From Alphaproteobacteria bacterium (GTDB taxonomy: Bacteria; Pseudomonadota; Alphaproteobacteria; Micropepsales; Micropepsaceae), in contig JAHFQC010000016.1 of the NCBI GenBank assembly GCA_023259375.1, forward strand, positions 11,349 through 75,348: 64,000 bases of DNA. The letters are read 5' to 3'. The notes under the pieces are model-generated. The model saw nothing but the letters and a program-made list of their open reading frames with translations. It ran no database searches and was not told the DNA's origin. This document shows positions 49,636-58,458 of this stretch, piece by piece; the first letter of the stretch is position 1, and the number at the start of each line of letters is the position of its first letter. The translations under genes and the position numbers were made by a program.

Positions 49636-51924
49636 ATGCGTTTCTCCGTCAAAATGAGGTTCGTGCTCTGCGTCGGCTTGATCGCCGCAACGCTGGGAGG
49701 CCTGTCCGCCGTAGCCGTTCAAAGTTTGTCGTCGCTGAACGACCGGTTGAGCCTGGTGATGGCCGGACCGGCCAAGCGCGTCGAGTTGAGCGGTGATCTG
49801 CTCTACAATCTGATGGAGATCAACCGCGTCTACAAGAACATGATCATCGAGACGGATGCGGAGAAGATCCAGGGCAGCAACACGGAAGTTCGCGCCTTCG
49901 CCAGCAATTTCGACGCGGCGATTGCGGAGGCCAAGAACCTCGCGACGGACAAGGACCGTGCCATTTACCAGGACTTGGAAGTGCAGGCCGAGTCGTTGCG
50001 CTCTTACGGCCCGAAGTTCCGCGAATATGTTGTGTCCGGGCAGAAGGACAAGGCATCCCAGCTCATTTTTGGACCGATGACGCCGGTATTCAAAGGCCTC
50101 ATCAAGGATGCACAGGAAGCCGTGGCTGTGGCCAAGCAGGACATGGCGGCCTCGAAAGCCCTCGCGCATGAGGAATACGTCGGAACCCGCAACGAGATGA
50201 TCATCGTGGCGATCGTTGCTCTGCTGGTAACCGCGGCGTTCGTGAGCTGGATCGTCTACAGCATCATGATGGGTCTGAAGAAAATCGGTACCGCGGCCAG
50301 CGCTATGGCGGTGGGCGACCTCGACCAGGAGATTTCGTACAAACTCAACGACGAGATCAGAGATCTTATCGAGTCCGTCGACGGATTGCGGACGCACCTC
50401 AGGAACATCACGGAGGTTTCGCACAGGATTTCGGTCGGCGATCTGTCAGAAGAGCCGAAGATTCTGTCGGAGCGGGATGTTCTCGGCAAAGCGCTGCGCG
50501 ATGTCGTCCACTCGGATCGCAAGATCGCGGCGGGCATGGAACTCGCAGCGGTCGGCGATCTTTCGTATGTCGCGGAGAAGCGCTCCGACAATGACATTCT
50601 GCTGATTTCGATCGATCGGATGATGGACCGTCAGCACAAGATGTCCAACTTCGTCGAGAAGATGTCGAAAGGCGATTTCTCGGTCGAACCGCGGGTTCTG
50701 TCCGACAAGGATATCATCGGCCGCAGCTGCCACGATCTGTGGAAGGTCGAGCAGCACATCTCCAACGTCATGGAGAACATGGCCAAGGGCGACTTGTCCT
50801 ACCTGCCCACGATGCGTTCGGAGGCCGATAAGCTGGCCGCGGCCGTCAAGAGTCTTACCCTGTCGCTGCGCGCCGTCGGCGAAATGGCGAACACGATCGC
50901 CAACGGCGATTTGACGGTCACCCCGAAGCCGCGCTCGGACGTTGACACCATGGTCCAGGCGCTGGAAAGCATGGTCGGCCGTTTGCGCGGCGTGGTGAGC
51001 GACGCGACGGCCGCCGCCAACAACGTCTCGTCGGGCAGCCAGGAGATGTCGGCCAATGTCGAGCAGCTAAGCCAGGGCGCGACGGAGCAGGCGGCTTCGA
51101 CCGAAGAGGCGTCGGCTTCGATGGAGGAGATGGCCTCCAACATCAAGCAGAACGCCGACAACGCTTCGCAGACCGAGAAAATCTCCAAGCAGTCGGCGAA
51201 AGATGCCGAATCTTCGGGCGATGCCGTCAACAAGGCGGTCAACGCCATGCAGACGATCGCCGAGAAGATCACTATCGTGCAGGAAATCGCCCGTCAGACC
51301 GACTTGCTCGCTCTGAACGCGGCGGTGGAAGCGGCGAGGGCCGGCGAACACGGCAAGGGCTTTGCGGTGGTCGCGTCGGAAGTGCGCAAGCTCGCCGAAC
51401 GCAGCCAGACGGCGGCAGCCGAGATCAGCGGACTTTCGGGCGAGACCGTCCGTGCCGCCCAGTCGGCGGGCGAGATGCTGGCAAAGCTGGTGCCGGACAT
51501 CCGCAAGACGGCCGAGCTGGTGGCGGAAATCTCCGCGGCCTGTCGCGAGCAGGATATCGGCGCCTCGCAGATCAACGAAGCGCTGCAGCAGCTCGACAAG
51601 GTCACCCAGCAGAACGCCTCCGCCTCCGAGGAAATGGCGGCAACGTCTGAAGAACTCGCCTCGCAGGCCGAAGAGCTGCAGGTCTCGATCGCCTACTTCC
51701 GCACCGAGGATACCGGCAATCAGGCCCAGGGCCGGCCGGTCCAGGCGCCTGCCAAGCGCCCGTCTGTCACCCCGGTCGTTGCCAAGGCGGCCGCCAAATC
51801 CGCGAAAGGAAAGGTCAATCGCGGCGCCAGTGCTGTCGCCGAACAGCAGGCGCGGGCAAAGGGCTTCGCACTCGACTTGTCGCACGGCCATCCCGATGAC
51901 GACGGGTTCAAGGAGTACGCCTGA
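49636..51924 (+). CDS. Methyl-accepting chemotaxis protein 4: periplasmic four-helix-bundle-type sensor, 6 HAMP modules
   Basis: TM1, periplasmic region ([12 protein letters not shown]), TM2, 6 GDL/GDF modules, signalling domain; ends GFKEYA. Confidence 0.95.
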   Translation: MRFSVKMRFVLCVGLIAATLGGLSAVAVQSLSSLNDRLSLVMAGPAKRVELSGDLLYNLMEINRVYKNMIIETDAEKIQGSNTEVRAFASNFDAAIAEAKNLATDKDRAIYQDLEVQAESLRSYGPKFREYVVSGQKDKASQLIFGPMTPVFKGLIKDAQEAVAVAKQDMAASKALAHEEYVGTRNEMIIVAIVALLVTAAFVSWIVYSIMMGLKKIGTAASAMAVGDLDQEISYKLNDEIRDLIESVDGLRTHLRNITEVSHRISVGDLSEEPKILSERDVLGKALRDVVHSDRKIAAGMELAAVGDLSYVAEKRSDNDILLISIDRMMDRQHKMSNFVEKMSKGDFSVEPRVLSDKDIIGRSCHDLWKVEQHISNVMENMAKGDLSYLPTMRSEADKLAAAVKSLTLSLRAVGEMANTIANGDLTVTPKPRSDVDTMVQALESMVGRLRGVVSDATAAANNVSSGSQEMSANVEQLSQGATEQAASTEEASASMEEMASNIKQNADNASQTEKISKQSAKDAESSGDAVNKAVNAMQTIAEKITIVQEIARQTDLLALNAAVEAARAGEHGKGFAVVASEVRKLAERSQTAAAEISGLSGETVRAAQSAGEMLAKLVPDIRKTAELVAEISAACREQDIGASQINEALQQLDKVTQQNASASEEMAATSEELASQAEELQVSIAYFRTEDTGNQAQGRPVQAPAKRPSVTPVVAKAAAKSAKGKVNRGASAVAEQQARAKGFALDLSHGHPDDDGFKEYA

Positions 51925-51925
51925 C

Positions 51926-52411
51926 ATGCAAGCCGCCACGTGTGAAAATCAATTCGTGACGTTGTGCCTCGGCGCGGAAGTCTTCGCGGTGCCGGTGTCG
52001 ATGGTTCGCGAGATCCTCGACTACCGCGACAGCTTCCGCATCCCGGAAGGGCCCGACTATCTGCTCGGATTGATCGACGTGCGTGGTCGCGGCACGCCGG
52101 TGATCGATCTCAGATCCAAGCTCGGCATGGCGAAGGTGCCGCCGGACTCGGCAACGCGGATCATGGTCCTCGACGTGCCGCTGGCGGACCGCACGCTGGC
52201 CCTCGGGCTGGTCGCCGACCGCGTATTGGAAGTGGCGACTTTCACCGAGGACCAGATCGAAGGCGCGCCCGACGTGGGCGTCGCCTGGCGATCGGATTAC
52301 ATCGCGGGTGTCGTGCGCCGGGATGGTGGCTTCGTCGTTCTGTTCAATTTGTCGAAGCTGCTCACGGCGGACTTGGCGATGCTCGCATCGTCGGCTGTCC
52401 GGGCGGCATAG
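51926..52411 (+). CDS. cheW: CheW adaptor 3, near-identical to CheW2
   Basis: DNA 51947-52365 is nearly identical to 47426-47844. Confidence 0.92.
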   Translation: MQAATCENQFVTLCLGAEVFAVPVSMVREILDYRDSFRIPEGPDYLLGLIDVRGRGTPVIDLRSKLGMAKVPPDSATRIMVLDVPLADRTLALGLVADRVLEVATFTEDQIEGAPDVGVAWRSDYIAGVVRRDGGFVVLFNLSKLLTADLAMLASSAVRAA

Positions 52412-52421
52412 GGGTAACGTA

Positions 52422-53291
52422 ATGGGTGGAACGGCATTGGCAATGGCGTCTTCGGCACAGCCTTCGAGCGCAGGCTACAATCTCACTGAAAAGAACTTCC
52501 GCAGGCTCTGCACGTATGTCTACAGCGTCTGCGGGATCAAGCTCACTGAGAAGAAACGCAGCATGATCGACGGCCGCTTGCGGCGTCGCATGCGGGTCCT
52601 CGAAATCGCCGACATCAACGAGTATTGCGACTTCCTGCTCGGCGGCAGTGTGGCGGCGGAGATCGAAGTCCCGTATTTCATCGATGCCGTGACCACCAAC
52701 AAGACGGACTTCTTCCGCGAGCCCGCACATTACGTCTTCATGCAGGAACATATTATGCCCGGCTGGGCCGCCGAAGGCCGTCGCGGCGGCAAGATCTGGA
52801 GCGCGGCGTGCTCCACCGGCGCGGAGGCCTATACAACCGCCATGGTGGTCGACGATTTCTTCCGCGGCCGGTTCGATTATTCGATAACCGCGACCGACGT
52901 GTCGACCGATGTGCTGCAGAAGGGCAATTCCGGCCTGTTTCCTCGCTCCATGATCGATCCGATCCCAGAGGAATTCCGCAAGCGCTATGTCCTGGTGCCC
53001 AAAAATCCGGCGCGCAACGAATTCCTGATCGCTTCCGATCTACGCAAGAAGGTCTCGTTCCACCGGCTCAACCTGATGGACAGCCGCTATCCGTTCGACC
53101 GCGACTATGACCTGATCTTCCTCCGCAATGTGCTGATCTATTTCGACCGTCCGACCCAGGACAGCGTCCTCGCCAAGCTCTGCGATCACTTGCGGCCCGG
53201 CGGGCACCTGTTCCTCGGCCACTCCGAGTCATTGGCCGGTGCCAAGCTTCCGCTCCAGATGGTTGCCAACACGATTTTCCGCCGCAAATAG
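52422..53291 (+). CDS. cheR: Chemotaxis methyltransferase
   Basis: TTNKTDFFREPAH, IWSAACSTGAEAY, ATDVS, IFLRNVLIYFD, LFLGHSES. Confidence 0.95.
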   Translation: MGGTALAMASSAQPSSAGYNLTEKNFRRLCTYVYSVCGIKLTEKKRSMIDGRLRRRMRVLEIADINEYCDFLLGGSVAAEIEVPYFIDAVTTNKTDFFREPAHYVFMQEHIMPGWAAEGRRGGKIWSAACSTGAEAYTTAMVVDDFFRGRFDYSITATDVSTDVLQKGNSGLFPRSMIDPIPEEFRKRYVLVPKNPARNEFLIASDLRKKVSFHRLNLMDSRYPFDRDYDLIFLRNVLIYFDRPTQDSVLAKLCDHLRPGGHLFLGHSESLAGAKLPLQMVANTIFRRK

Positions 53292-53294
53292 CCC

Positions 53295-54401
53295 GTGCCG
53301 AAAGACATGATCAAAGTTCTCATCGTCGACGACTCCGCCACGGTGCGGCAGGCCCTCACATCCGTCCTGGAAAGCGATCCGGGCATCAAGGTCATCGCCG
53401 TTGCGTCCGATCCCTTCGTCGCCGCGCGCAAGATCGGCGAGCAGGTGCCCGATGTCATCATGCTCGATGTCGAGATGCCGCGGATGGACGGGATCACGTT
53501 TCTCAGGAAGCTGATGGCGCAGCATCCGATCCCGGTGGTGATGTGTTCGTCGCTGGTGGAGTCCGGCTCGCAGACCTTGCTGCAGGCCTTGGAGGCGGGG
53601 GCGGTCGACATCATTCTCAAGCCCAATGTCGGCGTGGCGGAGCATCTGGCGGAAGCCAAGATTCATATCTGCGATTCCGTGAAGGCCGCCGCCAGGGCGC
53701 GGCTCGGTGCGCTGCGCAGCCGGTCGAAATCGTCCGGCCACGAACCCGAGAAGAAGCTTTCCGCTGATGTCATGCTGCCGCCGCCGCGCAGCCGCGCCAT
53801 GGCCAAGACGACAGAAAGCGTGATTTGCATCGGTGCCTCGACCGGCGGGACGGAGTCGTTGCGGGTCGTTCTGGAGATGTTGCCGGCGGCGACGCCCGGT
53901 ATTGTCATCGTCCAGCATATGCCGGAAAAGTTCACGACGTCGTTTGCCAAGCGCTTGAACGATCTTTGCGAGATGGAAGTCAAAGAGGCGGAGGACGGCG
54001 ATGCGGTCCTGCGCGGCCGGGTTCTGATCGCACCGGGCAATTTCCACACGCTGCTGGTCCGCAGCGGCGCCCGCTATCATGTCGAGGTGCGCGAAGGGCC
54101 GCTGGTGTCGCGCCATCGTCCGTCGGTCGACGTCCTGTTCCGTTCGGCGGCGAATTCGGCTGGCGCCAACGCCGTCGGCGTGATCATGACCGGCATGGGT
54201 GACGACGGTGCGCGCGGGCTTCAGGAAATGAAGCAGGCCGGGGCGTTCACCATCGCGCAGGACGAGGCGACCTCGGTCGTCTTCGGTATGCCGAAAGAAG
54301 CCATCGCGCGCGGCTGTGTCGACCGCATCGTCGCCTTGCCGGAGATTGCGCGCGCCATTCTGCGCGCCGTGCCGGCCGAGCCGCAATCGGCGACCGCCTG
54401 A
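53295..54401 (+). CDS. cheB: Chemotaxis methylesterase with receiver domain
   Basis: [40 protein letters not shown]. Confidence 0.96.
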   Translation: MPKDMIKVLIVDDSATVRQALTSVLESDPGIKVIAVASDPFVAARKIGEQVPDVIMLDVEMPRMDGITFLRKLMAQHPIPVVMCSSLVESGSQTLLQALEAGAVDIILKPNVGVAEHLAEAKIHICDSVKAAARARLGALRSRSKSSGHEPEKKLSADVMLPPPRSRAMAKTTESVICIGASTGGTESLRVVLEMLPAATPGIVIVQHMPEKFTTSFAKRLNDLCEMEVKEAEDGDAVLRGRVLIAPGNFHTLLVRSGARYHVEVREGPLVSRHRPSVDVLFRSAANSAGANAVGVIMTGMGDDGARGLQEMKQAGAFTIAQDEATSVVFGMPKEAIARGCVDRIVALPEIARAILRAVPAEPQSATA

Positions 54402-54407
54402 AACTAT

Positions 54408-56072
54408 CTAGAACAGGAAGGCATCGCCTCCGTCGGCCGTGTTGGCCAGGCGGGGGTCGGTGCAGGGAAGTTTACGTGCGGCCAGGAAGGCGCGGTGCAG
54501 ATAGCGTTCTTGCGCCATCGTGTAATACCGGGAAAGGCCCGTCAGGGTGCGCACGAGCGCTTCGGGATGGGCTTCGTCGGGAGCATAGGCTCCTTCGGCG
54601 AGTTCGGCGGACTCGATCGCGGCCAAGGTCAGGATCTCGCCGATTTCGAGGCGCAGACACAGGTGCGAGGCTTTGACTTTCAGCATGCCGACAACCGCTT
54701 CGCCGGCTTGCGCCACTTGGCCGAGATCGGATTCGGTGATGTCTCTGGCCTTGTGAACCCGTTCGGCCGCGTTGGCGAGCGCGGATGCCGCCGACGTTGC
54801 CTTGCTGTCAAGAATGCGATCCTTGTCCGCCATGATCGCGACGCTTCCGGTCAGCCGCATCAACTCGTCGAGAGCGGTCAAACCGATGTGCATCGTGTCT
54901 TCAAGCGAGCCGCAATTCATCCCGGTCTTTCCGGCGCCGTACTTTTCGACGTCGACTGCGACGGCGGTGCATAGGGAATTCCTGATTTGCTGGATGCGGT
55001 CGGCGTGTCCGCCCAGTTCGTGTGCGGTCGCGATCATCGCGCGTTCCGTTGCCAATGCGTTTTCATCGGCCGCTTCGATGGGCGCGACGAGACGGAGGAC
55101 TGCGTCCAGGCGCGTTGCCAGGGCGTTCAGAAAGCCGGCCTTTCCGCCGTGGCGGTCGAACGCGACTTCGTGCAGCTTCAGTATTTGTGCGGCGACCTCG
55201 GCGATCCCGGCCATCTGGTCTTCGACGTCGCCGCTTTGGCGGGCGAAATTCTCCTCGATCTCGGTGAGATGTTGGGCGATCAGGGCGTAGCAGGTAGCCT
55301 CGAAACGACGGCAGTCGGGCTGCCCCGCCGCATCGGCTTTGATCTGCGCGACGCAGGCTTCGATGTGCTCGATCCGCTGGCGGGTGATATCGCCGATTTG
55401 CAGCGAGGTCAGCAGATGATCGAGCCGGCGGTGAATACCGCTGACCACGGCGGAAAGCTTTTCGGCGGTTGCGACCACGGCTTTGTAATGGTCGCCGAGC
55501 AGGCGGGTGGTCGCCGCAAGTTCGTCGGGAACGGCGGGGATCAGCGCCGCAACCCGTCGATTGCGGAGTTTTCCCTGCACCGTCGCCAGGCCCAACTCGC
55601 GCTTGAGCAGGCGAAGTTCGGCTTCGAACGCGTGCAGTTCGGTGCAGCTCTGGATGGTCTGGGCATAGATCTTCGCGACCAGTTTCCCGACGCCGGCATC
55701 GGACTCACCATCTTGCGCGTATTCATCCATGAAGGCGAGCGACTTGCGCATGATCGCGATATGGCGCCCGAGTTTTTCGATCGAGCGGTTGAGCCGGTCC
55801 GCCGTCGCGGCCTGTCTGGCTTCCGTGGCGGGCAGACTGCATAGTTTTGCGGCGGCGAGGGTCAGTTCGGCGCGGGTGCTCACCATCGCCTCGGCATCAA
55901 AGGTCGCGGCGAGGCGGTCGAGCGATGAGGTCAGTCCGCGGATACCATCAAGCGATTGGGGAAGGATCTCGCATGCCGCGACGAACCGGCCGTCGATGAT
56001 CGCGCGAACGCGTTCCAGTTTCCCGTTGATGTCGCCGTGTGCGCAAGGATCGGGATTGTGGATTGGTTGCAT
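54408..56072 (-). CDS. Coiled-coil, MCP-like cytoplasmic chemotaxis-associated protein, degenerate (start uncertain)
   Basis: Long helical heptads; LQIGDITRQRIEH motif; C-terminal YTMAQERYLH; convergent with cheB. Confidence 0.65.
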   Translation of the reverse strand: MQPIHNPDPCAHGDINGKLERVRAIIDGRFVAACEILPQSLDGIRGLTSSLDRLAATFDAEAMVSTRAELTLAAAKLCSLPATEARQAATADRLNRSIEKLGRHIAIMRKSLAFMDEYAQDGESDAGVGKLVAKIYAQTIQSCTELHAFEAELRLLKRELGLATVQGKLRNRRVAALIPAVPDELAATTRLLGDHYKAVVATAEKLSAVVSGIHRRLDHLLTSLQIGDITRQRIEHIEACVAQIKADAAGQPDCRRFEATCYALIAQHLTEIEENFARQSGDVEDQMAGIAEVAAQILKLHEVAFDRHGGKAGFLNALATRLDAVLRLVAPIEAADENALATERAMIATAHELGGHADRIQQIRNSLCTAVAVDVEKYGAGKTGMNCGSLEDTMHIGLTALDELMRLTGSVAIMADKDRILDSKATSAASALANAAERVHKARDITESDLGQVAQAGEAVVGMLKVKASHLCLRLEIGEILTLAAIESAELAEGAYAPDEAHPEALVRTLTGLSRYYTMAQERYLHRAFLAARKLPCTDPRLANTADGGDAFLF

Positions 56073-56441
56073 CTCTTTACCCGTTTTCGCGTACGCTATT
56101 ACAAGTTGAGCAAAACGGAAGTAAAAATGCATTGGATCGGCAGGTATAAGCGGAAGATGGCAAACGCCGACTTCTGCATCGCTACCGTCGGTTTCTCCGG
56201 CACCTCCGCACGCAACCCGTTGCTGCGATCCCACGCTCCCTTGGATCCGGCGTGACGGCGTTCTCGTCATGTGCGCAGTGCGACGGATCCTTCAACTAGA
56301 GGTTCGTTTGTGCTATGACGTAAATGCGCGTGCGTTGGGCGCGCTTAGATCGTCTGGGTCTGGGTGACGCACCGTCGAGCGCTTGCGCTCGACGAAGGGT
56401 TTCGTGCGCTCTTGGCGACCCGGTTTTGCGAAGGGGGGAGC

Positions 56442-57476
56442 ATGAGCCCGCCGTATCACAAGCCCGGACTGACTCTGCAAGCGGGCGGCCCTGGCGATAC
56501 CGTCGCGGTCAAGGCGCTGCAGCACGATTTGCGCAAGCTCGGCTACCTGCGCGCCGGTATTGACGGAATCTACGGCGCGGGAACGACCGCTGCGGTCAAG
56601 GCGCTGCAGTATGATCTCCTGCACAATGACGGCGGCGGCACGGACGGCAGCGCACCAGTCTGCCTTACAACCTGTAACGTCAAATCGGGTGGTGGTGCCG
56701 CCGTTACCCAGGTCGACGGCGTATTCGATCAGGGCCTGGCCGAGGTGCTGGAGCATCTCGTCGGCGAGGCGAAGATCGGTCTTGTTCCCCGCGCGCCGGA
56801 TGTGAAGTCGGCCAATGCGTCGGCCATGGCGGCGCTTGCCGCGATGTCCAACACGATCGCGCCGCCGCCGTTCATCGCCGCCATGGTTGTGCAGGAATCG
56901 AACGGCTGCCATTTCCACGTTCCGGCTCCCAGCGACGAAGATACCTACGTCACGATCGGTCTCGACCGCAACGATCACGACCATCCGGAACGGATTACCT
57001 CCCGCGGCTATGGCCTCGGCCAGTTCACGTTTTTTCATCACCCGCTGAGCGCCGCCGACGTGGAAAGCCGCGTCGCCGATCCGGCCGGCAACGTCGCCAG
57101 CGCATTCGCCGAATTGCGCGACAAGTTCGATCATTACGTTGTTGGCAAGGGTGGCGCCGACGATCGCACCGTCGAGCATCCGGCGTTGCCGTTGCGCCTC
57201 TGCCGCTATCCGGCGTCGGACCCGCGCTACATGCGCGATTGCAGGACCTGCGCTAAGGCGGCCGGGCAGCGCGACATCACCCGCGGCACGCCGGTCTATG
57301 TCGGGGCTTCGCTCAGCTATCAGCCGACGCAATATTATCCGTCGGCGGACTATTCCGGCATTCCCGTGCGGGCCGACTTTCTGTGCGACTGGCCCTATGC
57401 GGCGCGCCGCTACAACGGCGGCGGCGTCAACTCCTATCATTATCAGGCACGGATCCTGCGCAATTTGTTGCGCTGA
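56442..57476 (+). CDS. Peptidoglycan-binding protein with lysozyme/SLT-like muralytic domain
   Basis: VKALQHDLRKLGY..IDGIYGAGTTAAVKALQ (PG_binding_1-like); AAMVVQES, GYGLGQFT and RRYNGGG resemble SLT motifs I-III; no signal peptide. Confidence 0.75.
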   Translation: MSPPYHKPGLTLQAGGPGDTVAVKALQHDLRKLGYLRAGIDGIYGAGTTAAVKALQYDLLHNDGGGTDGSAPVCLTTCNVKSGGGAAVTQVDGVFDQGLAEVLEHLVGEAKIGLVPRAPDVKSANASAMAALAAMSNTIAPPPFIAAMVVQESNGCHFHVPAPSDEDTYVTIGLDRNDHDHPERITSRGYGLGQFTFFHHPLSAADVESRVADPAGNVASAFAELRDKFDHYVVGKGGADDRTVEHPALPLRLCRYPASDPRYMRDCRTCAKAAGQRDITRGTPVYVGASLSYQPTQYYPSADYSGIPVRADFLCDWPYAARRYNGGGVNSYHYQARILRNLLR

Positions 57477-57495
57477 CCGGCCGGAAGGGGCTCCC

Positions 57496-58458
57496 ATGAG
57501 CTTTGGACCGATTGTCGACGTCGCCATCGGATTGATCCTCGTGTTTCTCCTGATGGGACTGATTGTGTCGGCGTTCCAGGAGATGCTGTCGACCTGGATG
57601 AAGAAGCGCGGCGCGCTGCTGCGCCAATCGATTGCCGACTTGTTGAGCGATGGCAACAGCAGCTCGGAACTGTTCCGGAAGGTCTATGGCCACGGGCTGG
57701 TCCAAGGTGCGGCGGCGAGCGAGATGCCGTCGTATGTGCCGTCGCGCAATTTCACCCTGGCGCTGATCGATACCATCACCGAAGGCAGCAATGCGCCGGT
57801 GTTTGGCGAGATCGAGCGCCGGATCGCCGGGCTGCCGGACGGCTGCTTCAAGCAGACCTTGCGCGTGTTCGTGCGGCATGCGGCCGGCGACCTCGATACC
57901 CTCAAGGCCGATCTGGCGCAGTGGTATGACGATGCCATGGACCGGCTGAGCGGCAAGTACAAGCGCTACAGCCAGCTCGTTGCCATCGTGTCCGGACTGG
58001 TGATCGCGGTGGCGCTCAATGTCGACTCCATCCGCATCGCCAATGCCTTGTGGCAGAGCGAAAGCTTGCGCCAGCAGACCGTCACGGCGGCCGAAGCGTT
58101 CCAGATGCCGGATACGCCGGTGGGCGACAAGGCCGAGCAGGCGTTGAAGAACAATGTCGACACGTTGTTCAAGCTCGATCTGCCGATCGGCTGGCTGACG
58201 CCCTACACGTTCCAGAAACAGCAGACCGCCAAAGGGCCGGATGGCACCGCGGTCGAGCAAGCCGCTACGGGCGTCTTCCATTACTTCAAAGGCGCAGGCT
58301 GGGGCGGGGTGCTGCTGGCAATTGTCGGCTGGCTGATCACCGGACTGGCAACCTCGCTCGGCGCGCCGTTCTGGTTCGATACGCTGCAACGTTTCCTGCA
58401 ATTCCGCGGCACCGGGAAAAAGCCGGCGAAAGCGTCTGAGGAAGGGGCGTCATCATGA
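57496..58458 (+). CDS. Uncharacterised integral membrane protein
   Basis: TM segments VDVAIGLILVFLLMGLIVSAFQE, LVAIVSGLVIAVALNVDS and GWLITGLATSLGAPFWFD; ATGA overlap with the patatin gene. Confidence 0.8.
   Translation: MSFGPIVDVAIGLILVFLLMGLIVSAFQEMLSTWMKKRGALLRQSIADLLSDGNSSSELFRKVYGHGLVQGAAASEMPSYVPSRNFTLALIDTITEGSNAPVFGEIERRIAGLPDGCFKQTLRVFVRHAAGDLDTLKADLAQWYDDAMDRLSGKYKRYSQLVAIVSGLVIAVALNVDSIRIANALWQSESLRQQTVTAAEAFQMPDTPVGDKAEQALKNNVDTLFKLDLPIGWLTPYTFQKQQTAKGPDGTAVEQAATGVFHYFKGAGWGGVLLAIVGWLITGLATSLGAPFWFDTLQRFLQFRGTGKKPAKASEEGASS

Noticed and set aside
56313-57656. 447-aa minus-strand ORF
   Set aside because: Shadow of the PG-binding gene, whose plus-strand product has clear motifs
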